A DNA stretch of 64,000 nt from Candidatus Omnitrophota bacterium (GCA_028280285.1 JANQMA010000004.1:15820-79819); one strand, 5' to 3'. Positions 8,322 through 22,761 are shown, counted from the first letter of the stretch. Notes: a model not told the origin generated them from the sequence alone. Numbers and translations: made by a program.

Positions 8322-9872
8322 ATGAGTGAAGACACACAAACATTAATGCAGGAAATGTACAACGAGACATTTCGTGACATTAAAGAAGGAGAGATCGTTT
8401 CCGGAACGATCGTGACGCACAACGATAAGGAAGTTGTGGTCGATATCGGATTTAAATCCGAGGGGTTTGTATCCATCGAAGAATTCCGCAATATGGATTC
8501 CATCGATGCCGGGGCCGAAATTGAGGTGCTGATTGAATCGATTGAGGATGATCAAGGACGGTTGGTCTTATCAAGGGCCAAGGCTGAAAAGTTAAGGGGC
8601 TGGCTTAAAATCGGCGAAAACCTTAATGAAGGCGATCATATTGATGGGCGCGTTGTTAAACAGGTCAAAGGCGGTTTTATCATTGACGTTGAAGGTGTTG
8701 AAGCATTTCTACCAATGTCATTATCGGCCTTTAAAGGCGTTCCTGCCTCTGAAATTTTAACCAACAAATACAACTTTGTTATTGCGAAGCTTAATAAGCA
8801 ACGCCGCAATCTTATTCTTTCACGACGAGAAATTGTTCAAAAAGAACGTGAAAAAGTGCGTGAAAAGATTTGGGGTGAGCTTAATAAAGGGGATAAACGC
8901 GAAGGTATTGTCAAAGGCATCACAGACTTTGGTGCTTTTATTGACTTAGGTGGTGTGGATGGCCTTCTTCATATCACGGATATGAGCTGGACACGCATCA
9001 ACCATCCATCAGAAGTTGTTAGTGTGGGTGATAAGCTGGATGTTATTATCCTTGATTTTGATAAAGATAATGCCAAGGTTTCTTTAGGTCTTAAACAAAT
9101 CACTAACAACCCATGGGCTGGTATTTATGATAAATACCCAACAGGTTCAACCGCCAAGGGTAAAATTGTCAATGTCATGCCATATGGGGTATTTGTTGAG
9201 ATTGAAAAAGGCATTGAAGGGCTTCTTCATTCCTCAGAAATCACCTGGCAGAAAAAAATGGTCAATCCTCAAGAGATGTTTAAAGTCGGTGAGGAAATTG
9301 AGGTTCAGATTATCAATGTTGATCAAGATTCAAAGCGTATTTCTTTGAGCATGAAGCAACTGGAAGATAATCCTTGGGCTGAGGCTAGTGCGAAATATAA
9401 AGAAGGCGACCGTATCCAAGGCCGTGTACGCGGATTTACGGATTATGGGGCTTTTGTTGAGCTTGAATCGGGCCTTGAAGGTATGATTCATATCTCGGAT
9501 ATGAGCTGGACGCGTAAGATCAATCATCCGCAAGATGTTCTTGAAAAAGGGCAGACGGTTGATGTGGTGGTTTTAGGCGTTGACTCACAAAATCACAAGA
9601 TCAATTTGGGGCTTAAGCAGTTGAAAGACAATCCTTGGCCTCAAATTTCTGAAAAGTTTCCTGTCGGTACGGAAATAAAGGCGGAAGTGGTCCTTAATTC
9701 CAATTTCGGTGTTTTTGTTAAACTGGAAGATGATATTGAGGCGCTTGTGTACTCTTCAGAAATCGATAAAGAAAAAGCGGCGGCACTAAAGCCAGGCGAC
9801 AGCATCGACGTTAAAGTCATTAAAGTTGATGTTGAGCAAATGAAGATCGGCGTTAGCGCGCGAACCGAGTAA
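8322..9872 (+). CDS. rpsA: 30S ribosomal protein S1
   Basis: Repeated S1 domains: 'DIGFKSEG', 'TDFGAFIDLGGVDGLLHITDMSW', 'TDYGAFVELESGLEGMIHISDMSW'. Confidence 0.97.
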   Translation: MSEDTQTLMQEMYNETFRDIKEGEIVSGTIVTHNDKEVVVDIGFKSEGFVSIEEFRNMDSIDAGAEIEVLIESIEDDQGRLVLSRAKAEKLRGWLKIGENLNEGDHIDGRVVKQVKGGFIIDVEGVEAFLPMSLSAFKGVPASEILTNKYNFVIAKLNKQRRNLILSRREIVQKEREKVREKIWGELNKGDKREGIVKGITDFGAFIDLGGVDGLLHITDMSWTRINHPSEVVSVGDKLDVIILDFDKDNAKVSLGLKQITNNPWAGIYDKYPTGSTAKGKIVNVMPYGVFVEIEKGIEGLLHSSEITWQKKMVNPQEMFKVGEEIEVQIINVDQDSKRISLSMKQLEDNPWAEASAKYKEGDRIQGRVRGFTDYGAFVELESGLEGMIHISDMSWTRKINHPQDVLEKGQTVDVVVLGVDSQNHKINLGLKQLKDNPWPQISEKFPVGTEIKAEVVLNSNFGVFVKLEDDIEALVYSSEIDKEKAAALKPGDSIDVKVIKVDVEQMKIGVSARTE

Positions 9873-9880
9873 TTATATAC

Positions 9881-9932
9881 GGCGAAAAGACGGGGTTGTA
9901 CTTTAATAAACCCCGTCCTTTCGTCTTTTTTT
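9881..9932 (+). terminator. intrinsic terminator after rpsA
   Basis: ggcgaaaagacggggtt ... aaccccgtcctttcgtc followed by T7. Confidence 0.8.
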
Positions 9933-9933
9933 A

Positions 9934-9990
9934 TGTGATCAGTGGTCTGTGATCAGTGATCAGACCACGGACCACAGAACACAGATCACT
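9934..9990. repeat. heptamer hairpin (GTGRTCW x4 / GAHCACn x4)
   Basis: gtgatca gtggtct gtgatca gtgatca gaccacg gaccaca gaacaca gatcact. Confidence 0.9.
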
Positions 9991-10001
9991 CAATACCTTT
10001 T

Positions 10002-11159
10002 ATGCCAAATATTAAAGACACCATCAAACAAATTCAACGCGGCGCAGTCGAAATTATTAATCTTGAGCTTTTGGAAAAAAAACTCAAAGAGAACCGGCCT
10101 CTTCGCGTTAAAGCCGGGTTTGATCCCACTGCGCCCGACATTCATCTTGGGCATGTTGTTCTTCTTAGAAAATTGCGACAGTTTCAAGATTTAGGCCATA
10201 CAATTGATTTTCTGATAGGAGACTTTACAGCCCTCGTCGGAGATCCAACCGGAAAGAACAAATTACGTCCGCGCCTGGATCCGGAGTTTATTAAAGAAAA
10301 TGCCAAGACTTATAAAAAGCAAGTCTTTAAAATTTTAGATCCTAAAAAGACTAATGTTGTGTTTAATAGTAAATGGTTGGGGAAAATGACAACCTATGAT
10401 TTGGTGCAATTAACGGCGCATTCAACAGTGGCGCAGATGTTGGCACGCAATGATTTTAAAACGCGTTACGATGAAGGTTCGGAAATCAGTATTTTGGAAT
10501 TTGTTTATCCGCTTCTACAAGGATATGATTCCGTTCATTTAAAATCGGATATTGAATTCGGCGGGACCGATCAAAAATTTAATCTGCTTATGGGGCGTCA
10601 TGTGCAAGAAGCGTATGGGGTTGATCAGCAAGTGATCATCATGACACCGCTCTTGGAAGGAACAGATGGTGCTCAGAAGATGAGCAAGTCGCTTGATAAC
10701 TATATCGGAATCAATGAACCGCCGGCCGAGATCTTTGGCAAGATTATGTCGATCAATGATGAGTTGATGATGAAGTATTACGAATATTTGACGGACGCGG
10801 ATTTGAGCAAGGTCAAAAAGCTGCATCCCAAGGAGGCCAAACTTCAGCTGGCCGGAGCAATCGTCACCCAATTTTACGATGCAAAGAAGGCGAAAACCGT
10901 CCGTGAGGCCTTTGAGAAGACTTTCAGCCAGGGTGAGGTGGCAGTAGATATGCCGGCGGTTAAAATACAAACTATTGCAGGAAAACAAGTTGCAGATATA
11001 TTAGCTGAAAATGGACTGGCAAGTACCAAAAATGAGGCCCGCAGACTGGTTAAACAAGGGGCCGTAAGTATTGATGGAAAACGCATTGAAAACGACAATT
11101 GGAGCCCGCAAAAAGGGGTCCTTAAAGTAGGCAAAAAGCGGTTTTTAAAGATCATTTAA
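10002..11159 (+). CDS. tyrS: tyrosine--tRNA ligase
   Basis: 'GFDPTAPDIHLGH' (HIGH), 'YPLLQGYD', 'GGTDQKFN', 'KMSKS', C-terminal S4 domain. Confidence 0.97.
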   Translation: MPNIKDTIKQIQRGAVEIINLELLEKKLKENRPLRVKAGFDPTAPDIHLGHVVLLRKLRQFQDLGHTIDFLIGDFTALVGDPTGKNKLRPRLDPEFIKENAKTYKKQVFKILDPKKTNVVFNSKWLGKMTTYDLVQLTAHSTVAQMLARNDFKTRYDEGSEISILEFVYPLLQGYDSVHLKSDIEFGGTDQKFNLLMGRHVQEAYGVDQQVIIMTPLLEGTDGAQKMSKSLDNYIGINEPPAEIFGKIMSINDELMMKYYEYLTDADLSKVKKLHPKEAKLQLAGAIVTQFYDAKKAKTVREAFEKTFSQGEVAVDMPAVKIQTIAGKQVADILAENGLASTKNEARRLVKQGAVSIDGKRIENDNWSPQKGVLKVGKKRFLKII

Positions 11160-11221
11160 TAAGGCTTTAAACTCTTCATTTTCAGGGTTTTAAGTCCTTG
11201 GTAGAAACCCAAATAAAATTC

Positions 11222-11249
11222 TTGACAAAGTAAAATAATTAGATATACT
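11222..11249 (+). promoter_or_regulatory. sigma70-type promoter for the tRNA-Thr/rpmG/secE/nusG operon
   Basis: TTGACA (11222-11227), 16-bp spacer, TATACT (11244-11249). Confidence 0.7.
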
Positions 11250-11340
11250 TGGTGAATTATTGTCCACCCATCCACATGGATTACTCTGCGTGGTTGACGG
11301 GGGAGTTCGTCATTATTCACTAAGTTCTCGACGAAATATT

Positions 11341-11414
11341 GCCCCTGTAGCTCAGTTGGTTAGAGCACGTCCTTGGTAAGGACGAGGTCTCCGGTTCGAA
11401 TCCGGTCGGGGGCT
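11341..11414 (+). tRNA. tRNA-Thr(GGT)
   Basis: Acceptor GCCCCTG/CGGGGGC, D-arm TAGCTCAGTTGGTTAGAGC, anticodon arm CGTCC-TT GGT AA-GGACG, T-loop GGTTCGAATCC; no encoded CCA. Confidence 0.96.
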
Positions 11415-11416
11415 TT

Positions 11417-11516
11417 TTATTTATGAGCGCTTAATTTACACGACCGTAAGGGAGAGTAAATTAAATGCGCGAATAAATCCCGAGTTTCAATCGGAAAGCA
11501 TTCAGAAACGAGGGAT
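11417..11516. repeat. tRNA-3'-associated two-hairpin repeat, copy 1
   Basis: taatttacacgaccgtaagggagagtaaatta ... aatcccgagtttcaatc...gaaacgagggat; a clear paralog follows tRNA-Trp. Confidence 0.8.
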
Positions 11517-11551
11517 CTGGTTGGCTTTCAACTTATTTTTAAGGAAATATA

Positions 11552-11719
11552 ATGGCTAAAAAAGGTATTAGGGAAAAAATTCTTCTGCAATGTACGGAGT
11601 CCGGGGACATTAATTACACGTCGACAAAGAACAAGAAGAAGCATCCGGAGCGTCTGGAAGTTAAGAAGTACTGCCCTAAATTACGTAAACATACTTTACA
11701 CAAGGAAGTTAAAAAATAA
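11552..11719 (+). CDS. rpmG: 50S ribosomal protein L33 (not in ORF track)
   Basis: Manual translation [55 protein letters not shown]; SD aagga. Confidence 0.95.
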   Translation: MAKKGIREKILLQCTESGDINYTSTKNKKKHPERLEVKKYCPKLRKHTLHKEVKK

Positions 11720-11736
11720 CACACGCACAACATTTT

Positions 11737-11810
11737 AGGCCTGTAGCTCCAATGGCTAGAGCAACGGTCTCCAAAACCGTGTGTTGTTGGTTCGAATCCA
11801 ACCAGGCCTG
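11737..11810 (+). tRNA. tRNA-Trp(CCA)
   Basis: Acceptor AGGCCTG/CAGGCCT, anticodon arm ACGGT-CT CCA AA-ACCGT, T-loop GGTTCGAATCC; canonical position before secE. Confidence 0.96.
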
Positions 11811-11907
11811 TTAATGAATATTTAATTTACGCGACCATAAGGAAGCGTAAATTAGAAATATAAATTAATCCCGAGTTTCAATCAAACAGTTTTCGGAAAC
11901 GAGGGAT
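11811..11907. repeat. tRNA-3'-associated two-hairpin repeat, copy 2
   Basis: taatttacgcgaccataaggaagcgtaaatta ... aatcccgagtttcaatc...gaaacgagggat. Confidence 0.8.
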
Positions 11908-11927
11908 TTTGATTCGAGGTTACAACG

Positions 11928-12176
11928 ATGGATTTAACGTTAATCATTCTTATTATTTGTTTGGCAGCGGTTCTGGCCGGTGTGGCGTGGAAATTGAAAG
12001 AGATACGACAATTTTTAGCCGAAGTCATCAGCGAGTTAAAAAAGGTCAGCTGGTCGACACGTAAGGATGTGCTGGAAGCAACCAAAGTGGTTTTAGTTAG
12101 TTCGATTTTATTGGGGGTTTTTATAGGCGGCACTGATTTTGTGCTCTCAAAACTTTTAGGATTGTTGATTAATTAA
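11928..12176 (+). CDS. secE: preprotein translocase subunit SecE
   Basis: 'EVISELKKVSWSTR' motif plus TM segments; between tRNA-Trp and nusG. Confidence 0.93.
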   Translation: MDLTLIILIICLAAVLAGVAWKLKEIRQFLAEVISELKKVSWSTRKDVLEATKVVLVSSILLGVFIGGTDFVLSKLLGLLIN

Positions 12177-12178
12177 TC

Positions 12179-12886
12179 ATGACTGACACTGAAAAAGAAG
12201 AAAACGTTGACAACGGAGAACATGTGGACAAGGTTGAACAAGTAGCGCAGACTGAAAAGACTGAGTCAGCTGAAGGAGCCGAACCAGTCGAGCAGGCCGA
12301 GCAAGTTGAACAAACAGAAAAAGCTCAGAAACCTGCAAAAACAACTGTGCCAGACATTGAAATGAAATGGTACGTTGTTCATACACAAACAGGCTCTGAA
12401 GAAAAAGCCAAGGCCGGGCTTGAAAGCCGCATGCGCTCAACCGAGCTTAAAGATTTTATCGAAGAGATTATTGTTCCGACCGAGCAGGTTTCTGAAGTTC
12501 GCTCGGGTAAAAAACGTATTACAGAAAGAAAATTTTTTCCAGGCTACATCATCATCAAGATGGCGATGAGCAAGGAAAGTTGGTATTTAGTTAAAAGTAC
12601 GCCGGGCATTACCGGTTTTATCGGCCCGGGGCGCAAGCCAACGCCTATTTCCAAAGCAGAAGTCGATGCGATTCTGCAAAGGACAGAAGACACCGAAACC
12701 AAGCCAATGCCAAAGGTTATGTTTGAGATCGGTGAGTCGATTCAAATCGTTCAAGGACCGTTTGCGAATTTCAATGGTCAGGTGATGGAAGTATTTCCTG
12801 ATCGTGGCAAATTGAAGGTCAGTGTTTCGATTTTCGGTCGTTCAACGCTGGTTGAGCTTGAATACTGGCAAGTGGAGAAGATATAA
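12179..12886 (+). CDS. nusG: transcription termination/antitermination factor NusG with acidic N-terminal extension
   Basis: 'KWYVVHT..GSE', 'FFPGYI', KOW 'GPFANFNG', 'VSIFGRST.VEL'. Confidence 0.96.
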   Translation: MTDTEKEENVDNGEHVDKVEQVAQTEKTESAEGAEPVEQAEQVEQTEKAQKPAKTTVPDIEMKWYVVHTQTGSEEKAKAGLESRMRSTELKDFIEEIIVPTEQVSEVRSGKKRITERKFFPGYIIIKMAMSKESWYLVKSTPGITGFIGPGRKPTPISKAEVDAILQRTEDTETKPMPKVMFEIGESIQIVQGPFANFNGQVMEVFPDRGKLKVSVSIFGRSTLVELEYWQVEKI

Positions 12887-12896
12887 ATTTGAAAGC

Positions 12897-12957
12897 GTCG
12901 TTAGTCCTTGGTCATTAGTCATTGGAAACCAATGACTAAATACTAATGACCAACGAC
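12897..12957. repeat. heptamer hairpin (GTCnTTR x4 / YAATGAC-type x4)
   Basis: gtcgtta gtccttg gtcatta gtcattg g-aaa-c caatgac taaatac taatgac caacgac. Confidence 0.9.
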
Positions 12958-12982
12958 CAGATGCTAGAACAAGGATTACATC

Positions 12983-13408
12983 ATGGCAAAAGAAGTAGTT
13001 GCACAAATTAAACTTTATGTACCGGCCGGACAAGCGAATCCGGCGCCGCCTGTCGGCCCTGCTTTGGGTCAGCATGGGGTTAATATTATGGGTTTTTGTA
13101 AAGCGTTTAATGAAAAGACCAAAGGACGCGAAGGTTTAATTCTGCCTGCGGTTATTTCTGTCTACAAAGATAAATCATTCGATTTTATCATCAAAACCCC
13201 ACCTAGTTCGGTACTTATCAAAAAAGCAGCTAATCTCGCCAAAGCGTCCGGTGAAGCCGGAAAAGAAATTATCGGCAAACTTAATGCCGCACAAGTTAAA
13301 GAAATTGCCAAAACAAAAATGGAAGATTTAAACACTGTATCGCTTGATGAAGCAATCAAGATTATCCAAGGTACCGCACGCAGTATGGGTATAGAGGTGG
13401 AGGCATAA
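12983..13408 (+). CDS. rplK: 50S ribosomal protein L11
   Basis: '[28 protein letters not shown]'. Confidence 0.98.
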   Translation: MAKEVVAQIKLYVPAGQANPAPPVGPALGQHGVNIMGFCKAFNEKTKGREGLILPAVISVYKDKSFDFIIKTPPSSVLIKKAANLAKASGEAGKEIIGKLNAAQVKEIAKTKMEDLNTVSLDEAIKIIQGTARSMGIEVEA

Positions 13409-13409
13409 A

Positions 13410-14090
13410 ATGGCGTACGTAAGTAAAAGAGTAAAAGAAGCAAACAAATCCTTTGATCGTGAAAAAGTCTATTCATTGGACGAGGCGCTTGCGCAAATAG
13501 AAAAATTTCCTAAAGTTAAATTTGATGAAACCGTTGAGCTTCATTTGCATTTAGGTGTTAACCCAAAAGCATCGGATCAAATTGTGCGCGGAACAGTTGC
13601 TCTTCCGAACGGAACAGGTAAAGAAGTCCGCATCGCTTGTTTTTGTAAAGGTGAAGCGGAAAGTAAAGCAAAGGAAGCAGGAGCTGATCATGTTGGAGCC
13701 GAAGAATTGATTGAAAAGGTGAGCAAAGGATTTTTAGATTTTGACGTTGTTGTGGCTACACCTGATATGATGCGTGACATCTCCAAACTCGGGCGTGTTT
13801 TAGGTCCACGTGGTCTTATGCCGACGCCAAAGGCCGGTACAGTTACGCCGGACGTTGCCAAGGCGATTAAAGAAGTTAAGGCCGGGAAAATTGAATTTAA
13901 GTCAGATAAGCAGGCCGGTGTTCATGTCGGTTTTGGAAAAAGATCATTTACGAAAGATCAATTATTGCAAAACGCAAATGAGGTATTAACTGCTATCAAT
14001 GCGGCAAAACCAAAATCACTCAAAGGTCACTATATAAAGAAAGCATCGATTTCAACGACCATGGGTGCGGGAGTAAAGGTGGCGTTATGA
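13410..14090 (+). CDS. rplA: 50S ribosomal protein L1
   Basis: 'KFDETVE', 'LGRVLGPRGLMP.PK.GTVT'. Confidence 0.98.
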   Translation: MAYVSKRVKEANKSFDREKVYSLDEALAQIEKFPKVKFDETVELHLHLGVNPKASDQIVRGTVALPNGTGKEVRIACFCKGEAESKAKEAGADHVGAEELIEKVSKGFLDFDVVVATPDMMRDISKLGRVLGPRGLMPTPKAGTVTPDVAKAIKEVKAGKIEFKSDKQAGVHVGFGKRSFTKDQLLQNANEVLTAINAAKPKSLKGHYIKKASISTTMGAGVKVAL

Positions 14091-14614
14091 CAAAAGTAGG
14101 AACTTTATTTAGACAAGGTGTTATTAATCGGATCAAAGAAGGATTCGAAGAAAATAGTAATGTATTTCTCATCAGCTATTCGGCGCTTTCAGGCGCAAAG
14201 TCCTCAGAATTACGTATGGGCCTGAAAAAAGCGAAAGCTGGTGTTTATGCCTCGAAAAACAGAATCGCGCAGCTGGCCTTAAAGGAATTAGGCCATGAAA
14301 AACTTGCAGAAGGTTTAGAAGGACAAACAGCGTTTGTTTGGACGGACGCCGACTCTGTGGAAGTGGCTAAAGCTGTTGTGGATTTTGTCAAAGACAATGA
14401 AAACGTTCAGGTCAAGGGTGCTGTCATCGGCGGCGATGTTGTTACCTCCGATAGTGTTAAACAACTATCGGAATTACCGGCAAAACCGGTATTACAAGCC
14501 ATGCTATTGTCAACAATCCAAGCGCCTGTATCACGTTTACTCGGTGCATTTAATGCAAAATCACGCGATTTATTATCGATATTAAAACAATTAAGTGAGC
14601 AAAAGGGAGACTAA
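14087..14614 (+). CDS. rplJ: 50S ribosomal protein L10
   Basis: Position between rplA and rplL; 'KNRIAQLAL', 'LSELPAK'. Confidence 0.93.
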   Translation: MTKVGTLFRQGVINRIKEGFEENSNVFLISYSALSGAKSSELRMGLKKAKAGVYASKNRIAQLALKELGHEKLAEGLEGQTAFVWTDADSVEVAKAVVDFVKDNENVQVKGAVIGGDVVTSDSVKQLSELPAKPVLQAMLLSTIQAPVSRLLGAFNAKSRDLLSILKQLSEQKGD

Positions 14615-14616
14615 AA

Positions 14617-15066
14617 ATGTCTGAAGAAACTGCAGCAACAGAAACACAAGAAGAGAAAAAAGACGCGGTTGAGCTTTCGCCGAAGCTGGAAGATCTAGCT
14701 AAGCAAATCGAAGGTTTAACAGCTCTTGAATTATCTGAATTGGTTAAAGGTCTGGAAGACAGGCTTGGTATTACGGCCGCCGCTCCAATGGCTGCTGGCG
14801 TTATGATGCCGGCTGCTGGTGGTGCTGCTGCTGGTGGTGCTGATGAAGAGGAAAAAACAGAATTCGATGTTATCTTAGCCGAAACAGGTGACAACAAAAT
14901 CGCCGTTATTAAAGAAGTACGCGGCGCGACTGATCTTGGGCTTAAAGAAGCTAAAGATTTAGTTGAGTCTGCACCTAAACCGGTTAAAGAAGGTGTTAGC
15001 AAGGAAGATGCTGAAGAGCTTAAGAAAAAGCTTGAAGCGGCTGGCGCTAAAGTTGAAATAAAGTAA
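14617..15066 (+). CDS. rplL: 50S ribosomal protein L7/L12
   Basis: '[10 protein letters not shown]', '[24 protein letters not shown]'. Confidence 0.98.
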   Translation: MSEETAATETQEEKKDAVELSPKLEDLAKQIEGLTALELSELVKGLEDRLGITAAAPMAAGVMMPAAGGAAAGGADEEEKTEFDVILAETGDNKIAVIKEVRGATDLGLKEAKDLVESAPKPVKEGVSKEDAEELKKKLEAAGAKVEIK

Positions 15067-15135
15067 TTTGTTTTAACTGTGTTATCGGTTTTGTTTAAGT
15101 GTAGTTAATATTAACACTGTATCCTCTTTAAAATT

Positions 15136-18624
<3,489 letters not shown>

Positions 18625-18642
18625 GAACAAAAAAGGCATAAA

Positions 18643-21600
18643 ATGGCAAAAAAAGACGATTATATTAATCAAGACAGAATCACCATTCAAATCGCATCTC
18701 CGGAGACAATCCGTTCATGGTCACGCGGTATCGTCAAAAAAGCAGAGACGCTTAACTACCGTACGCTTAAGCCTGAAAAAGATGGTCTTTTTTGTGAAAA
18801 GATCTTTGGTCCGGTACGTGACTGGGAATGTTCTTGCGGTAAATATAAAGGCATTAAGTTCAAAGGCATCACCTGTGATCGTTGTGGTGTTACTGTTACA
18901 CGTTCATCCGTCCGTCGTGAATGGATGGGACATATTGAGTTGGCTTGTCCTGTAACCCACATCTGGTTTTATAAAGCTGTTCCATCACGCCTAGCTGCGC
19001 TTATGCAAACGACATTACGTGATCTCGAAAAGCTTATCTATTATGAAGAATACATCGTTATTGATCCGGGCGACACGAATTTAAAAGAGAATCAATTTTT
19101 ATCGGAAGATGAGTATCAGGATGCTGTTGTTAAATATGGTGCAAACTTCAAAGCAAAAATTGGAGCCGATGCGGTCCGTGAGATCTTAAAGAACCTTGAT
19201 TTAACCGCCCTTTGTAAAAAGCTTCGTAAAGATTTAGAAAAAGCCAATCCAACCGGAACCAATGCCAAAAAGATTGCGAAAACACTTAAGATTGTCGAAG
19301 ATTTTCGTGGCTCGCCGAATATGGCGGAATGGATGGTTTTAGATGTGCTTCCGGTTATTCCACCGGATCTTCGTCCATTAGTTCCTCTTGAAGGTGGTCG
19401 TTTTGCCACATCTGATTTAAACGATTTGTACCGTCGAGTTATTAACCGTAATAACCGCTTAAAGAAACTTATTGATCTTAAAGCACCGGAAATTATCTGC
19501 CGTAATGAAAAGCGTATGCTTCAAGAAGCGGTTGACGCGCTTTTAGATAATGGGCGTCATGGTCGTCCGGTTCTTGGTTCCGGTAATCGTCCTCTTAAAT
19601 CTCTTTCCGATATGCTCAAAGGTAAGCAAGGACGTTTCCGTATGAATCTCCTTGGTAAACGTGTTGATTATTCAGGACGTTCGGTTATCGTTGTTGGTCC
19701 AAATCTTCAACTGCATCAATGCGGTTTGCCGAAAAAGATGGCGCTTGAGCTTTTCGAACCGTTTATTATTCGTAAATTGCGTGAAAAAGGTTATGTGCAT
19801 ACCATCAAAGGGGCCAAGCGCATGGTAGAGCGGGCCAAGGTTGAGGTATGGGATATTTTAGATGAAGTTATTAAAGATCATCCAATTATGCTTAACCGTG
19901 CACCGACTCTACACAGGTTGAGTGTCCAAGCATTTTTTCCAACACTTGTTGAAGGTAAAGCGATTAAGTTGCACCCTCTTGTATGTGCGGCGTTTAACGC
20001 GGACTTTGACGGTGACCAGATGGCGGTTCACGTGCCATTATCTTTGGAAGCACAGATGGAATGCCGCCTCGAAATTTTATCGGTTAACAATTTATTCTCA
20101 CCTGCCGATGGTCGTCCGGTTATTTCACCATCACAGGATGTTGTCTTGGGTCTATACTATTTGACAAAAGAAGATGCAACACTTGGCGACAGTCCCCAAA
20201 TTTTTACATCGAAAGATGAGGTTTTGATTGCCTATAATGATGGATTTATTGATATTCATCAACGCATTAAACTCCGTATTGATGAAGTGGTTTGGGGTGA
20301 AGAAAAACCATCTTTTATCATTTCTCAGGAAGCTGTTCTCGATGCGGCGGAAGGCAAAGAAAAGGAAGAAGAAAATAAAGTTTCGATTATTGAAACAACT
20401 GTCGGACGAGTACTGTTTAATGAGATTCTTCCTCCTGATTATGGGTATGTGAATGACCTGCTTGATAAAAAGAAGATCGGTGCAGTAATTTCTGATTGTT
20501 ATAACCGTTTTGGTCAATCAGAAACCATTAAGCTTCTTGATAATTTGAAGGATGCGGGTTTTAGAAAGGCAACGGAAGCGGGGATCTCGATTAGTATTGC
20601 TGATATGACTGTTCCTGATGAAAAAGATCCGATTCTTGATAAATCAAAACAAGAAGTTTTAAAAGTCGAAGATCAGTACCGTAAAGGGATTATTACTGGT
20701 CGTGAACGATACAATAAAATCATCGACGTTTGGACACACACAACAGAAGTTTTATCGGATCTTGTGTTTAAACAAATGGATCCATTTAACCCGGTATTTA
20801 TCATGGCTGATTCCGGTGCACGTGGTTCACGTCTTCAGATCCGCCAGCTTTCCGGTATGCGCGGGCTTATGGCCAAACCGTCGGGTGAGATTATTGAGAA
20901 CCCGATTACGGCTTCTTTCCGTGAAGGCTTAACGGTACTTGAGTACTTTATCTCGACGCATGGGGCGCGTAAAGGTTTAGCAGACACCGCCCTTAAGACA
21001 GCTGACGCCGGTTATCTAACTCGTCGTCTGGTTGATGTTGCTCAAGAGGTTGTTATTACCGAACCTGATTGTGGGACACTTAATGGTATTACAGTAGCCG
21101 CGATTATCGAAGGTGATGAGCTTGTTGTCAGCCTTAAAGAGCGTATCGCCGGTCGTGTTGCTTTAGATAGTATTGTTGATATCGTTACCGACCAAAAAGT
21201 TGTTGAGTCCGGTGAGATTATTACAGAAGAAAAAGCGGAATTGATTGAGCATTTAGGTATTGAAAAGGTGCGTATCCGCAGTGTTTTAACATGTGAATCG
21301 GATCACGGTGTTTGCGCGAAATGTTATGGAAAGAATCTTGCCACACAACGGTTAGTCGAGGTTGGTGAGGCTGTCGGAACGATTGCCGCGCAAAGTATCG
21401 GTGAGCCGGGAACACAGTTGACGATGCGTACGTTCCACATTGGTGGGACAGCGTCGCGTGCGATTGAGCAATCGTTTTATAAATCAAAAAATGAAGGAAC
21501 TATTAAATACCATCAGCTTCGTGTCGTTCAGCGTGGCAAAGAGTATATTGTCCTTAATCGAAACGGTTCGATCAGTATTAACAATGAATACGGCCGTGAG

Positions 21601-22761
21601 TTTGAGCGTTATCAATTGCCGCAAGGGGCTTCCATCAAGCTTGCCGATGGAGCGGCTGTTAAAAAGGATGCCGTTTTTGTTAATTGGGATCCGTATACCG
21701 TTCCAATTATTAGTGAGGTTAAGGGTGTAGTTAGTTCCGAAGATTTAATTCCGGATGTGACTGTTCAGGAAGAAACAAACCCTGTGACAGGTGTTACGGA
21801 ACGTGTTGTTGTTGAGCACAGACAAGAGCATCATCCACAGATCATTTTGACAGATGAGAAAAAGGAAGTTGCCGGTATCTATTCAATTCCGATCGGCGCG
21901 CACATTCTCGTTAACGATAAACAGACGATTGAGGCGGGCGAAGTTATCGCTAAGATTCCTCGTGGCGCAGGTAAAACTCGTGATATTACCGGTGGTTTAC
22001 CACGCGTTGCCGAGCTGTTTGAAGCGCGTAAGCCAAAGGACCCGGCGGTTATCAGTGAAATCGATGGGATTTGTGAGTTTGGGGAAGACAGGCGCGGACG
22101 TCGTACTATTATTGTCAAAAGTTCGACGGGTATGCAGGCTGAGTACACGATTCCTCATGGAAAACACCCTAATGTCTATAAAGGGGATCGCGTTTTTGCC
22201 GGTCAACAGCTGACAGACGGACCTGTTGTACCGCACGATATTCTTAAAGTCTCTGGTGACAAGGTGTTACAAGAATATCTTCTGAACGAGGTCCAGGAGG
22301 TTTATCGTCTGCAGGGGGTCCGCATCAATGATAAACACATCGAACTTATTATTTCCCAAATGCTTAAGAAAGTTAAGATTGAGGATGCCGGGGATACGGA
22401 ATTCTTAATCGGCCAGCAAGTTGACCGTGTGGCCTTCAACAAAGCTAACGAAGCGATCATCAAGAAGAAGGGTAAACCGGCGCAGGCAACACCGCTGCTT
22501 TTGGGTATTACAAAAGTGTCTCTCACGACGGAAAGTTTTGTTTCATCAGCGTCGTTCCAAGAGACAACAAGGGTGTTGACAGATGCAGCATCGAGTGGTA
22601 GAATCGACCTTCTTCGTGGCTTGAAAGAGAACGTAATTGTGGGTCATTTGATCCCCGCGGGGACAGGTTTAAAACAATATGAAAATGTGGAGATGGTGAA
22701 GTATGCCGACGATACAGCAGTTGATCAGGAAGAGCAGGAAGACGAAGTCGAAGAAGACTAA
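18643..22761 (+). CDS. rpoC: DNA-directed RNA polymerase subunit beta'
   Basis: '[12 protein letters not shown]' catalytic motif, N-terminal Zn ribbon, '[13 protein letters not shown]'. Confidence 0.99.
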   Translation: MAKKDDYINQDRITIQIASPETIRSWSRGIVKKAETLNYRTLKPEKDGLFCEKIFGPVRDWECSCGKYKGIKFKGITCDRCGVTVTRSSVRREWMGHIELACPVTHIWFYKAVPSRLAALMQTTLRDLEKLIYYEEYIVIDPGDTNLKENQFLSEDEYQDAVVKYGANFKAKIGADAVREILKNLDLTALCKKLRKDLEKANPTGTNAKKIAKTLKIVEDFRGSPNMAEWMVLDVLPVIPPDLRPLVPLEGGRFATSDLNDLYRRVINRNNRLKKLIDLKAPEIICRNEKRMLQEAVDALLDNGRHGRPVLGSGNRPLKSLSDMLKGKQGRFRMNLLGKRVDYSGRSVIVVGPNLQLHQCGLPKKMALELFEPFIIRKLREKGYVHTIKGAKRMVERAKVEVWDILDEVIKDHPIMLNRAPTLHRLSVQAFFPTLVEGKAIKLHPLVCAAFNADFDGDQMAVHVPLSLEAQMECRLEILSVNNLFSPADGRPVISPSQDVVLGLYYLTKEDATLGDSPQIFTSKDEVLIAYNDGFIDIHQRIKLRIDEVVWGEEKPSFIISQEAVLDAAEGKEKEEENKVSIIETTVGRVLFNEILPPDYGYVNDLLDKKKIGAVISDCYNRFGQSETIKLLDNLKDAGFRKATEAGISISIADMTVPDEKDPILDKSKQEVLKVEDQYRKGIITGRERYNKIIDVWTHTTEVLSDLVFKQMDPFNPVFIMADSGARGSRLQIRQLSGMRGLMAKPSGEIIENPITASFREGLTVLEYFISTHGARKGLADTALKTADAGYLTRRLVDVAQEVVITEPDCGTLNGITVAAIIEGDELVVSLKERIAGRVALDSIVDIVTDQKVVESGEIITEEKAELIEHLGIEKVRIRSVLTCESDHGVCAKCYGKNLATQRLVEVGEAVGTIAAQSIGEPGTQLTMRTFHIGGTASRAIEQSFYKSKNEGTIKYHQLRVVQRGKEYIVLNRNGSISINNEYGREFERYQLPQGASIKLADGAAVKKDAVFVNWDPYTVPIISEVKGVVSSEDLIPDVTVQEETNPVTGVTERVVVEHRQEHHPQIILTDEKKEVAGIYSIPIGAHILVNDKQTIEAGEVIAKIPRGAGKTRDITGGLPRVAELFEARKPKDPAVISEIDGICEFGEDRRGRRTIIVKSSTGMQAEYTIPHGKHPNVYKGDRVFAGQQLTDGPVVPHDILKVSGDKVLQEYLLNEVQEVYRLQGVRINDKHIELIISQMLKKVKIEDAGDTEFLIGQQVDRVAFNKANEAIIKKKGKPAQATPLLLGITKVSLTTESFVSSASFQETTRVLTDAASSGRIDLLRGLKENVIVGHLIPAGTGLKQYENVEMVKYADDTAVDQEEQEDEVEED

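Noticed and set aside
9949-10194. 81-aa ORF 'MISDQTTDHRTQIT...'
   Set aside because: Merely a translation of the heptamer element running out of frame into tyrS; the same applies to 1702-1977, 40073-40378, 48307-48498 and 52694-52939.
11250-11340. Possible ncRNA or riboswitch before tRNA-Thr
   Set aside because: Some stem potential but no recognisable family motif; most simply the pre-tRNA leader.
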